DNA of 64,000 bases, taken from assembly GCA_963674745.2 (NCBI GenBank), contig CAXXDV010000001.1, positions 1,664,001 to 1,728,000 on the forward strand. Direction: 5' to 3'. Origin of the DNA: Desulfosudaceae bacterium (GTDB taxonomy: Bacteria > Desulfobacterota > Desulfobacteria > Desulfobacterales > Desulfosudaceae). Positions 10,922-20,302 of this stretch are shown piece by piece; the first letter of the stretch is position 1, and each line of letters opens with the position of its first letter. The notes beneath the pieces are model-generated. The model did not search any database and was not told the origin of the DNA. It saw nothing but the letters and a program-made list of their open reading frames with translations. A program made the position numbers and the translations under genes.

Positions 10922-10937
10922 TGCAACAGATGTGCCA
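10922..10937 (-). promoter_or_regulatory. sigma54 promoter of glnD-amt3-glnK3
   Basis: Minus strand TGGCAC-ATCTG-TTGCA. Confidence 0.9.
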
Positions 10938-11013
10938 ACGATATAACCATATAAAATTATGAATTAAATTATGGCAATGGGGTCGGGGTCGATGAATTCT
11001 ATGTGAAAAAAAA

Positions 11014-11112
11014 ACAATTTTGTCCTTTTTTAAGAAAACATTCAAGTTTGATTGCATTTTTACGGCAAAACCGCTAAGAATACAAAAATGAATGCTTTTA
11101 TCACAAATTTGT
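11014..11112. promoter_or_regulatory. ACA-N4-TGT boxes between glnD and the activator gene
   Basis: ACAATTTTGT (11014-11023) and perfect palindrome ACAAATTTGT (11103-11112); one-mismatch copies at 11038-11047 and 11082-11091. Confidence 0.65.
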
Positions 11113-11129
11113 AGATTTCGGGAACGGTT

Positions 11130-12659
11130 ATGAAAATGAAAGAAATAGAAAAAATTACCCTTTTCTATGATATCAGCAAGGCGCTCAATGAACATCTGGA
11201 TCTGGAGAAACCGTTATATAGCGTGATGGCTATCCTGGCCGACCAGATGGACATGGTGCACGGCACCATCGCCATTTTGAATCCCTTGCGGGATGAAATC
11301 AGCATGGAAGTGGCTCACGGCATATCCAAAAGCGCCATGCAAAAAGGGAAATATAAATTAGGTGAAGGCATTATCGGCGAGGTCATTCGGACCGGCAAGC
11401 CGGTCGAGGTGGCTAAAATAAGTGAAGAGCCCCGTTTTCTTAATCGTACCCAGGCCCGCCAGGGTAAAGAACAACAGGAAGTTTCGTTTATCTGTGTTCC
11501 CATCAAAAAAGGGCGGCAGGTGATCGGCGCCTTAAGCGTTGATAAGCCATACAACCCCAAATATTCGCTGGCTGAAGGCGTTAAGCTGCTTTCGGTGGTG
11601 GCCACCATGATCGCCCAGCATGTGGTCAACCTGGAAAATATCCGGGCTGAAAAAGAGCGGCTGGAGGATGAAAATAAACGGCTGCGGGATGAACTGGAAC
11701 GCAAATACAGTTTTTCCAGTATTATCGGTAACAGCAATAAAATGCGGGAAGTCTTTCAGATGGTGTCCCGGGTGTGCCGGAGCAATGCCACCGTGATTTT
11801 AAGAGGTGAAAGCGGCACCGGCAAGGAACTGGTGGCCAGCGCGATTCATTATAACAGCGAGCGGGCCGATCGGCCGTTTGTCAAGGTCAACTGTGCCGCC
11901 ATCCCCGAGAATCTGCTGGAAAGCGAGCTGTTCGGTCATGAAAAAGGGGCTTTTACCGGCGCTGTCCGCCAGGTTCAGGGAAAGTTCGAAGTCGCCCATA
12001 AGGGGACGCTGTTTTTAGATGAGATCGGGTCCATGAACCTGGATGCCCAGGCCAAACTGTTGCGGGTGCTTCAGGAAAGGGAGTTCGAGCGGGTGGGCAG
12101 TCATCGGACCATTAAAATCGATGTACGGGTGATCGCGGCCACCAACAAGAACCTGGAGGCGGCGGTCGAGGAAAACACCTTCCGGGCCGACCTGTACTAC
12201 CGGCTGTGTGTCTTTCCCGTCTACCTCCCCCCCCTGCGGGAACGGAAAACCGATATCTCACTGCTTGCCGAGTTTTTTCTGGAGAAATACGCCGGCGAGA
12301 ACAAAAAGAAAATAAAACGATTGTCAACACCAGCCATTGATATGCTCATGAGTTATCACTGGCCCGGCAATGTCCGGGAACTGGAAAACTGTATTGAGCG
12401 GGCGGTATTGATGTGTGACGGCGGGGTAATCCACAGTTACCACCTGCCGCCGACCCTGCAGACCGGCGAACAGTCCAATACCCTGCCTAACCGGACGTTG
12501 GAAGATGCGGTTGCCACGGTGGAACAGGAAATGATTATCGATGCCCTAAAGCATACCCGGGGCAATGCCCTGCGGGCGGCCGAGATGCTGGGCACAACCG
12601 TGCGTAAATTTTCCTACAAAGCCAAAAAATACAGTGTCAATTATAAAAATTACAGGTAG
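11130..12659 (+). CDS. NifA-like sigma54-dependent transcriptional activator (GAF-AAA+-HTH)
   Basis: N-terminal GAF (GEGIIGEV...SFICVPI...IGALSVD), Walker [40 protein letters not shown]-terminal Fis-type HTH; no receiver domain. Start could be 11136. Confidence 0.92.
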   Translation: MKMKEIEKITLFYDISKALNEHLDLEKPLYSVMAILADQMDMVHGTIAILNPLRDEISMEVAHGISKSAMQKGKYKLGEGIIGEVIRTGKPVEVAKISEEPRFLNRTQARQGKEQQEVSFICVPIKKGRQVIGALSVDKPYNPKYSLAEGVKLLSVVATMIAQHVVNLENIRAEKERLEDENKRLRDELERKYSFSSIIGNSNKMREVFQMVSRVCRSNATVILRGESGTGKELVASAIHYNSERADRPFVKVNCAAIPENLLESELFGHEKGAFTGAVRQVQGKFEVAHKGTLFLDEIGSMNLDAQAKLLRVLQEREFERVGSHRTIKIDVRVIAATNKNLEAAVEENTFRADLYYRLCVFPVYLPPLRERKTDISLLAEFFLEKYAGENKKKIKRLSTPAIDMLMSYHWPGNVRELENCIERAVLMCDGGVIHSYHLPPTLQTGEQSNTLPNRTLEDAVATVEQEMIIDALKHTRGNALRAAEMLGTTVRKFSYKAKKYSVNYKNYR

Positions 12660-12691
12660 CCGGGTTGATGAGGGGCAGGATGTTCCATCAA

Positions 12692-14071
12692 TCAGGTTGA
12701 TGTTAACCGTAATCTTGTGGTGTTTGCCTCCTGGCGCCTCCTGGTGTTCACCTTTTCGTTCAGCATCCTGGCGTTGTCCATGAGCACCTGGGCCATTTTC
12801 CCCAGTTCCCGGGCAACCGAGGAGTTGCCTTCGGTGTTTGCGCTGAGCTGCTCCATGCGGGTGTCGATCTCTTGAATTCCCCGGTTCTGTTCATGAGAGG
12901 CGCTGTAGATTTCCTGGACCAGCTCGGCTGTTTTTTTCGCGTTTGGAATGATTTCCATGAAGAGTTCTCCGGAGGCGTCGGCTATTTTAGTGCTTTCCGA
13001 TGCCAGGGCATTGATCTCTTGAGATGCGCTTCGTGTTTTTTCGGCCAGCTGTCGCACCTCGCCGGCCACCACTGCAAACCCCTTGCCGTGCTCCCCGGCA
13101 CGGGCCGCCTCAATAGCGGCATTTAAAGCCAGCAGGTTGGTCTGGTTGGCAATGCCGTCGATGATGCTGATTTTTTTGCTTATGCGGCGCAGCGCTTCCA
13201 TGGTTTCCTGAAAGACGACACCACCTTCATCTGTTCGTTGGGCCGTTTGGTTTGCGATGCGTTCGGTCTGTCGGGCGTTGTCTGCGTTTGTGGATACGGC
13301 TGAGCGGATCTCTTCTATAAACAATGACACCTCTTCCACGCTGGCTGCCTGGCGGGCAGTGCCGTCCCGCAGATCGTTGGCTGTCTTCATGAGCTCCCCG
13401 GCCGACCGGGTCAATCCCTGGGCCACCTGTTCGATGGACTGAAGGATGTCGGTCAGAACATCTTTCTGCCGTCGGTCTTTTTCCGCTTCACGTTTCATAT
13501 TCTTTAAGGAGCTGCTGGAAATGGCGATGATGGCGTTGGAAATAACATAGATGAGCACCAGTGTGATCAGAAAATAGCTGGTGGTCTTGGTAACGTAAAA
13601 AATCAGGTCCGGGTCCAACAGCGGCCTGGTTCTGGAAAAATATACCAGCCACCCGGTGATGAAAAAGCCGGTAATGATGGTCAGTACGGTCCGGGTGGCA
13701 AACAGGGCCGCCATGACAATTACCAGGTAGGTAAAATGCAGAATCCCGGCAAACATATCGATGCTGCCGGGAGCCCGGTGGATGTAGAAAAGAATGAGCA
13801 GTGTCAGGAAAATTACCAGGAAGTGGGCCGCGAAAAAATAATTGCCGGTCCGCATGATGAACAGCACGATACAGAAAGCGCTGATCGCGACGATATAAGC
13901 GATCAGGGACGCCAACGGATCTTGACTAAGGCCCAAGGGCAGTGTGACGGTCGCGATCAGGAAAAACAACACCACAAAGGTTATGGCAACGTACATCAGG
14001 GCCGTTGCTTTTTGTCGCATAAGATAGGATGCGTCGTCATACCTGCTTAAGAAAAAGGTTTTATAATCCAT
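12692..14071 (-). CDS. Methyl-accepting chemotaxis protein with a multi-TM membrane sensor
   Basis: About six hydrophobic helices followed by [35 protein letters not shown]. Confidence 0.92.
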   Translation of the reverse strand: MDYKTFFLSRYDDASYLMRQKATALMYVAITFVVLFFLIATVTLPLGLSQDPLASLIAYIVAISAFCIVLFIMRTGNYFFAAHFLVIFLTLLILFYIHRAPGSIDMFAGILHFTYLVIVMAALFATRTVLTIITGFFITGWLVYFSRTRPLLDPDLIFYVTKTTSYFLITLVLIYVISNAIIAISSSSLKNMKREAEKDRRQKDVLTDILQSIEQVAQGLTRSAGELMKTANDLRDGTARQAASVEEVSLFIEEIRSAVSTNADNARQTERIANQTAQRTDEGGVVFQETMEALRRISKKISIIDGIANQTNLLALNAAIEAARAGEHGKGFAVVAGEVRQLAEKTRSASQEINALASESTKIADASGELFMEIIPNAKKTAELVQEIYSASHEQNRGIQEIDTRMEQLSANTEGNSSVARELGKMAQVLMDNARMLNEKVNTRRRQEANTTRLRLTST

Positions 14072-14237
14072 TCCAAGCCTCCGCGGTTATTTGCAAATAC
14101 TTAAATGATAGCACATGAAAGGATACCTGCAACAGGAAAGCGGGAATCGGCCCGTCAATATTTTTATCCCGGATCGGGAAGTGATGCGCGGGCCGGGTCA
14201 GACCGTCTATCATCGATGTTGATGCTTTATGGAACCG

Positions 14238-15821
14238 TTATTTAACGGCGGCGATAGCCTCCGCCAAGGGCGCGTACTCTTTACCCAGGGTTTGTAAAAT
14301 TTTCCGGGTTTCGGCCGTTAATCCCGGCCAGGCGGCTTTAATGGTCATCAGGTCGATGTATGGCAGGGCGGCCAGTATTTGACGCTTTTCTATCTTTCCG
14401 ATCAGCCGGTTGAGGGCCTGTGGCTTCATAGCGCCGGCAACATGGGCCATGGCTTCCGGTGAAAGATGGCGGGAAATGCGGATCATTTTTTCATTATCGG
14501 CCTTTTCCATGATGCGGGCGATGGCTTCAGGGGGATAATGGGCGGCCAGGCGGGCGGCCTTCTCCGGATCAAGGCGGTTGAGCATGCTGAGCTGTCGGTC
14601 CACATCCATTCCCCTGCCCACAACAGCGGCCAGTTCATAATCATTGCTGTCGGAAAGCAGGCCCATGAAATCAAGCAGGTAATCATCGGAAAGAGCCATG
14701 GCCGTGTTGACGATTTTTTCTTTGTGCTTCATGTGTCTTGCGATTTCAATCAGGCTGGCCGGGGCATTGATTTTTTCTGCCATCGCTTTAAGCGTTTCAA
14801 CGTCCAGTGCGTCTGAAAATTCGGCAACTACTTGATACTGTTTGTTTTTGATTAAAATATGGCTGACATCCAGTAGCTGTTGTTCCGAAATGCCGGCAAT
14901 GGTTTCATCCATGGTGTCGCCCATAATGCGGGCGATGGTTCCAGGCGGGTAATGGGCAGCCAGGCGGGCGGCTTTTTCCGGTTCAAGGCGGTTGAGCATC
15001 CGGACCTGACGGCTCACTTCCAGTTCCGCCCCTACTGCCGCCGCCAGCTGATAATCATCATCACTGGAAAGCAGGTTCAAAAAACCGAACAGGTAATCAT
15101 CAGAAAGCCCTATGGCGGTTTGAACGGCATTGTCGCGATTTTTCATTTTACGGGCGATGGCAATCAGGGTGGCCGGATCATCGATTTTTTCAGATACGTC
15201 TCTCAGCTTTTCAACGCTCAGGCCATCGGAAAACTTGGCCACCACCCGGTACTCTTCCCTGGAAAACAGGATGCGGGTAATTTCGACCAGATCTTTGTCC
15301 GGCAACCCCTCCACGACAGCGATGACCTTATCCGGATCCTGGTAAACCGCAACATCTGCCAGAAAAGCCGGTTCCAGGTGTTTGGCAATGGCAATCGCTT
15401 TTTTTACGGATACTTTGTCGGAAATCCGGGCCACGGTAGCCGGTTCCAATTTATCTGCAAACTGGGCGCTGATAAAGGCCGGTACAAAACCGGAAACAAT
15501 GGCCATAATGGAGACCGTAACGCCGGCTTCGTCATCCACCCGTTGTTTGATCATTCTGGCCAGTTCCCGCTGTTCGTTCGGGGTCAGCCGGGAGAGAAAC
15601 GCATAGCGCGACCGATCGTTTACCGCCAGGATGCTTTCCAGGTCCGGATCAAAATAAAGCGTGCCCGACTTTTCTTCCGTATTTAATGATTTGTCCGGTG
15701 TGATGCGTTCTGTTCCAACCGAAAAGGCTTCCTGTTCGGTATCGTCGGCATAAGCGGCAGAGATAAAGAAGGAAAGAAAAAGAAGTAAAAAAATACAGAC
15801 AAATTGTGTGTCACGTCGCAT
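14238..15821 (-). CDS. Exported all-helical hypothetical protein with a 138-aa internal duplication
   Basis: Signal peptide (…ISAAYA|DD); LSDDYL…MLNRL(E/D)PEKAARLAAHYPP..IARIM occurs twice, 414 bp apart. Confidence 0.8.
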   Translation of the reverse strand: MRRDTQFVCIFLLLFLSFFISAAYADDTEQEAFSVGTERITPDKSLNTEEKSGTLYFDPDLESILAVNDRSRYAFLSRLTPNEQRELARMIKQRVDDEAGVTVSIMAIVSGFVPAFISAQFADKLEPATVARISDKVSVKKAIAIAKHLEPAFLADVAVYQDPDKVIAVVEGLPDKDLVEITRILFSREEYRVVAKFSDGLSVEKLRDVSEKIDDPATLIAIARKMKNRDNAVQTAIGLSDDYLFGFLNLLSSDDDYQLAAAVGAELEVSRQVRMLNRLEPEKAARLAAHYPPGTIARIMGDTMDETIAGISEQQLLDVSHILIKNKQYQVVAEFSDALDVETLKAMAEKINAPASLIEIARHMKHKEKIVNTAMALSDDYLLDFMGLLSDSNDYELAAVVGRGMDVDRQLSMLNRLDPEKAARLAAHYPPEAIARIMEKADNEKMIRISRHLSPEAMAHVAGAMKPQALNRLIGKIEKRQILAALPYIDLMTIKAAWPGLTAETRKILQTLGKEYAPLAEAIAAVK

Positions 15822-16015
15822 GGGAATCTCCTTTTCTCTTAAAAGTCGGATATGTAAAAAGCTGATACAGCAGCATAAACGATCGTTTTCTTGTTAACGG
15901 GGAGTGGGGCATGATGGCATGTATTAAGAAGGAATGCCGGTTACTTGTCAATGTTTTTGTACAGTTGTTTGAAAAAACAGCGTCGTTTATAATTAATGAA
16001 AAATTTAAAAAAGCC

Positions 16016-16065
16016 TTGCAATTAATTTTTTTGGCTCCATAATTGGTATGATGGTAGTACCAATT
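16016..16065 (+). promoter_or_regulatory. sigma70-type promoter overlapped by a FadR/GntR-type operator
   Basis: TTGCAA-16 bp-CATAAT; inverted repeat AATTGGTA-TGATGGTAG-TACCAATT (16041-16065) containing TGGT-N3-ACCA. Confidence 0.7.
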
Positions 16066-16169
16066 TTAAGCAGGTTTAATTTTAACCGCTATTTCATGAT
16101 AGCGATATCACCCGCGGTTCCGGTGTCAAATAACGCCGGGCAGCGGGATTAAAAAGATAAGGAACTGCA

Positions 16170-16889
16170 ATGACACCCAAACTGATACCGGTTGAAAAAC
16201 GAAAGGCGCCCGAGCAGATAGCGGAAATGTTGATGAAATATATATTGCAGGGTGGTGTTCGGCCCGGTGATAAATTGCCCGCGGAAAGAACCCTGTCGGC
16301 ACAGCTGAATGTTACCCGGGCCACGCTGCGGGAAGCGCTCAAAAAGTTGGAACAATTGAAATTGATAACCATTCACCAGGGCAAAGGCATTATCGTCCAG
16401 GATTTTCATAAAGCCTCCATCGATTTGATTTTTTCGTTAATGGTGATCGACGGTGAGATCGACCTGAACATTCTTGAAAATATCATGGAGGCCAGGAAAC
16501 TTTTCGGCAGCCATGTGGCCAGGCTGGCGGCCAGGCGGGCCGAGGAAAAAGATAAAAGTAAAATGCGGGCGCTGATGAAAAAAATGGAAAAGACAAGTGA
16601 TCCTAAGGCACTGCAGCAACTTGACATGGAGTTTTTTCATCTGCTCGCGGAAGCCAGTAAAAACATGGTTTTTATCCTTTTGATGAATACTATAAAAACC
16701 ATTCATAACAGTTATCTCGATCTTTTTCTGCCGCTTTCCGCGCATTCGAGCACAAATTTGAAGCAGGAAATATTACAAGCCGTTTTAAATGGTGATGAGG
16801 ATAAAGCCGCCAAACGAGCTGGTGAATTCCTTCAGTCCGGCCTGGATTTGCTTGACACACTCAAGTTTGATGAACTGAAAAACGCTTAA
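16170..16889 (+). CDS. GntR-family (FadR subfamily) transcriptional regulator
   Basis: wHTH PGDKLPAERTLSAQLNVTRATLREALKKL…HQGKG; FCD domain LDMEFF..LAEASKN. Confidence 0.93.
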   Translation: MTPKLIPVEKRKAPEQIAEMLMKYILQGGVRPGDKLPAERTLSAQLNVTRATLREALKKLEQLKLITIHQGKGIIVQDFHKASIDLIFSLMVIDGEIDLNILENIMEARKLFGSHVARLAARRAEEKDKSKMRALMKKMEKTSDPKALQQLDMEFFHLLAEASKNMVFILLMNTIKTIHNSYLDLFLPLSAHSSTNLKQEILQAVLNGDEDKAAKRAGEFLQSGLDLLDTLKFDELKNA

Positions 16890-16961
16890 CCCGAGCTTCG
16901 CTGACCGGTTTGTTAATTATTTCGTTATTTGTAAAACAACCAAAGTAAAAGGATTTAAAAA

Positions 16962-19900
16962 ATGCTGGAGATGAACACTCAAACGGCTCAAACAATAAGT
17001 GACTATACTGTTGAAACAGGACCAAAAGACCGGTTAAAGGTTTTAAATATCCAACGTACCTGCGTTTATGACGGCCCCGGAATCCGGACAACCATTTTTT
17101 TTCAGGGTTGTGCCTTGCGATGTTTATGGTGCCAGAATCCGGAATCGCTTTCAATAAATCCTGATAAAGCCCCTGAAAAAAATTACGATACAGCCGAAAT
17201 CATGGAGGTAGTGTTACGGGATAAGGATTACTATGACGCAACCGGCGGCGGCGTCACATTAAGTGGCGGGGATCCGTTATTGCAGGATTCGGACAGTTTG
17301 ATCGAATTGATGACATTGTTGAAAAAAGAGCAGATTCTTGTCGCCGTTGAAACCGCGCTGCATGTCCCTGCCGCAAATATCGAAAAGATTGCCCCTTATG
17401 CCGACCTGTTCCTGGTCGATCTGAAAATTGTCGGAAATGATGATTTGCATAAAAAGTTAACAAAACAGGACAGCCGGCTGATTCACGACAATATTAAGCG
17501 ATTGCTCGACTTGAAAGCCAACGTGAAATTCCGCATGGTCATCGTACCGGGTTATAACGACGGTCAGGACCATATCCGGGCGGCAGCGGATTTCCTTAAG
17601 TCCATCGGGTATGACACCATTGAATTGTTGAAATATCACAATATGTATGAAGATAAGGCCAGGCGTCTGGGTCTGGTGCGCGAAGCCTTGAATATTACGG
17701 CCGAACAGAGCCTGGATGCGGTCAAGTCAGCGGTGGCTTTGTTCACCAGTCTGGGTATCCGGGCCGAATGCCTGGACCTGGCAGATTCACGGCATCAGGC
17801 GACGTTCACCTCGCGCGTGCATGAAATTCAGGATGCCATTCGAACCAGCGATCATCATTTATGCCTTGAAGTATCCCGATTGAAAACCGCATTTTACAAA
17901 AAAAACGGGTTTAAGAAACCGGCCCCCATCCATCGGGCCGAACGACTGTCGCATGTGTTGAACAACAAGCAGGTGATCGTTTATCCCCGGGAACTGCTGG
18001 TCGGCAACTTTACCTCGAAAAGAAAAGGCGGCCAGGTCTGGGAAGAGCATTACGGTATCCTCTTTACCTCGATTATCCACCAGATTCATCGCCAGAAACC
18101 GGTTTCCTTTCAGTGCTCTTTTCGCGACAAGCTGGATTTTTATTTTACAATATTTCCTTTCTGGGCCAAACGGTCCCTGATGGCCAAAGTCAACCGCAAG
18201 TTTTCCGACCTGATGCTGATGGTGGCGCGCTGTTCGGAAATGAATACCGGGTTTAACAACAATATGGCGGCCATCGCGCATTTTATCGTCAATTTCGACC
18301 GTCTCCTGGAACTGGGCACCGACGGCATCATTAAAGAAATTGAAGCCGTGCGCAACGAAAACCCCGATAAGGATCAGGACTTTTATGACGGTGCGATTAT
18401 CGCCTTGCGGGCGGTCGAGGATTTCGCGGCCCGTTATGCCGAGGCCCTTTCCGCTCAAAGCAGAGAAGAGGCGGACCCGGAACGCAGAAAAGAACTCGAA
18501 GAAATGGCCGAAATCTGCCGCTATGTCCCCAAAAATCCGGCCCGCACCTTTCATGAAGCCCTTCAGTCCATGACGTTTCTGCAGATTGCACTGTGCATCG
18601 AGTCCTATGAAAACGCGGTCTCCCATGGCCGCCTGGATCAGATTTTGTATCCCTACTACCAGCAGGACCTGGCCGACGGCCGGATTACCTACGAAAAGGC
18701 CAAAGAACTGCTGGCCCTGTACATTCTCAAAATGGATGAAGCCATCCTGGTTAATGACGGCGACACTTATCTTAGAATCGGCCGGCTGTTTGAAACCATG
18801 TCCACCGATCAGACGGTAACGGCCGGCGGGCTCGGCCGGGACGGCAAGGACGCCACCAACGATCTTACTTATATGCTGCTGGATATCTGTGAACTGCAAC
18901 CCTATGCCGTTAACATGACGGCCCGGATCCACGAGGACAGTCCGCCCGAATACCTGGAGCGGCTGGCGGAAGTATATATTAACGGTGCGCCCATGCCGGC
19001 CCTTTATAATGACGAACTGTATGTCGATACCCTGACAAAGCATTACGACACCACCGTGGAAGAAGCCAGGAACTACTCGATCATCGGCTGCGTGGAACCC
19101 AATGCCTCGGACAACCATTTCGGCAATACCGACTGTGCCAACATGAACCTGGCCCTGCCCTTTCTGCAGGCACTGAAAGGCGAGGAAAACGATTTGTGGA
19201 ATTTCGGGTTCGCCGAGCAGATGGATAGGCTGATCGCCAAGTTCATCGAATACACCTTTCGGGGAAACAACCGTTTTTCCCGGTTTGTCTCTTCAACACA
19301 CGCCAAGGCCCGCATCAACCGGAAAAAGAAACGCGCCCTGTCGTCACTGAATCCTCCGGCTGACATGGAAGATCTGCTGGAGCGCTTTCAGACCCGTTTG
19401 AATCATCTGGCATCGTCCATCCTGGCCGATCATCAGCATATCGAAGCTGTTATCCGCAAAAGTTTTCCCACGCCCCTGACCTCGGCCATGTTTAAAAGCT
19501 GTATCGAAAACGGAAAAGACGCCAACGACGGCGGCACGACGCTTAACAGCAGCGGTATCCAGGGGGTCGGGATTACGGATGTGGCGGATTCGCTTTTTGC
19601 CATTGATGAGGTGGTGTTTAAAAAACGGATGTATACCATTGACGACGTCATTCATGCCATTGAAAATGACTTTGAAGGAGAAAAAAACCGGGAGGTCCGG
19701 GAGGCATTGCTGGCCGTGAGAAAATTCGGCCACGATGATTCTGCGCAGGCCGTCGAGTGGGTCAACAAAACCCTTCAGATTTACATTAACGCATTAAACC
19801 AGGTGCCCGGCTGCCCGCGCAACGGCATTTACACCGCCGGCTACTATGCCCTGAACGTTAACGATGTTTACGGCGCCAAAACACCGGCCCTGCCTTCAGG

Positions 19901-20291
19901 CAGAAAAAGAGGCGTTTCGCTTGCAAACAGCATCACGCCGCATTATGGTATGGAATCAACGGATCTGCTGTCGTCCCTGAATTCCGTTGCCGGCGTGGAT
20001 TTTGTAAAATACGCGCCCAATGGCACGTCGACAACGTTTACGATTGATTCGGCACTGTTCCAGGGCCATGCCGGTGTTAAAAATTTGGCCGGCATATTCA
20101 GCACGTATTTCCGGAAAGGCGGGATGCAGTTTCAACCCAACGTGATCGACAAAAAGATTTTGCTGGAAGCCTATGAGAACCCGGAAAAACACAAGTACCT
20201 TCTGGTTCGCGTGGCCGGTTACTGCGCTTATTTTAATGACCTTTCCGACGAGTTGAAGCAGATTATTATCAACAGGACCTGCTACTCATAA
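16962..20291 (+). CDS. Fused glycyl-radical activating enzyme (radical SAM) and glycyl radical enzyme
   Basis: N-terminal YDGPGIRTTIFFQGCALRCLWCQNPE (Cys50/54/57) and GGVTLSGGDP. From about residue 280 a GRE barrel: ELLVGNFT, GRLDQILYPYY, IGCVEP (Cys710), C-terminal VRVAGY (Gly1086). One uninterrupted 1109-aa frame. Confidence 0.93.
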   Translation: MLEMNTQTAQTISDYTVETGPKDRLKVLNIQRTCVYDGPGIRTTIFFQGCALRCLWCQNPESLSINPDKAPEKNYDTAEIMEVVLRDKDYYDATGGGVTLSGGDPLLQDSDSLIELMTLLKKEQILVAVETALHVPAANIEKIAPYADLFLVDLKIVGNDDLHKKLTKQDSRLIHDNIKRLLDLKANVKFRMVIVPGYNDGQDHIRAAADFLKSIGYDTIELLKYHNMYEDKARRLGLVREALNITAEQSLDAVKSAVALFTSLGIRAECLDLADSRHQATFTSRVHEIQDAIRTSDHHLCLEVSRLKTAFYKKNGFKKPAPIHRAERLSHVLNNKQVIVYPRELLVGNFTSKRKGGQVWEEHYGILFTSIIHQIHRQKPVSFQCSFRDKLDFYFTIFPFWAKRSLMAKVNRKFSDLMLMVARCSEMNTGFNNNMAAIAHFIVNFDRLLELGTDGIIKEIEAVRNENPDKDQDFYDGAIIALRAVEDFAARYAEALSAQSREEADPERRKELEEMAEICRYVPKNPARTFHEALQSMTFLQIALCIESYENAVSHGRLDQILYPYYQQDLADGRITYEKAKELLALYILKMDEAILVNDGDTYLRIGRLFETMSTDQTVTAGGLGRDGKDATNDLTYMLLDICELQPYAVNMTARIHEDSPPEYLERLAEVYINGAPMPALYNDELYVDTLTKHYDTTVEEARNYSIIGCVEPNASDNHFGNTDCANMNLALPFLQALKGEENDLWNFGFAEQMDRLIAKFIEYTFRGNNRFSRFVSSTHAKARINRKKKRALSSLNPPADMEDLLERFQTRLNHLASSILADHQHIEAVIRKSFPTPLTSAMFKSCIENGKDANDGGTTLNSSGIQGVGITDVADSLFAIDEVVFKKRMYTIDDVIHAIENDFEGEKNREVREALLAVRKFGHDDSAQAVEWVNKTLQIYINALNQVPGCPRNGIYTAGYYALNVNDVYGAKTPALPSGRKRGVSLANSITPHYGMESTDLLSSLNSVAGVDFVKYAPNGTSTTFTIDSALFQGHAGVKNLAGIFSTYFRKGGMQFQPNVIDKKILLEAYENPEKHKYLLVRVAGYCAYFNDLSDELKQIIINRTCYS

Positions 20292-20302
20292 CAGCATCAA
20301 AA

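Noticed and set aside
10911..11195. ORF-track N-terminal extension of glnD (980 aa)
   Set aside because: It crosses the sigma54 promoter and AT-rich regulatory DNA and overlaps the divergent activator gene; ATG 10910 gives a normal GlnD length.
11130..12659. Calling the activator nifA and inferring nitrogen fixation
   Set aside because: No nif genes in the window, and the upstream boxes are not the TGT-N10-ACA NifA site.
17859..19118. Long antisense or alternate-frame ORFs (e.g. 17859-19118, 22981-23991, 31012-31953, 36988-37899, 58062-58880, 63414-63959)
   Set aside because: They shadow well-supported genes on the opposite strand in GC-rich coding DNA and show no protein motifs.
16962..20291. 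Annotation as pyruvate formate-lyase or an alkyl/benzylsuccinate synthase
   Set aside because: It lacks the PFL Cys-Cys pair, and no small Fe-S subunit genes of fumarate-adding enzymes are adjacent.
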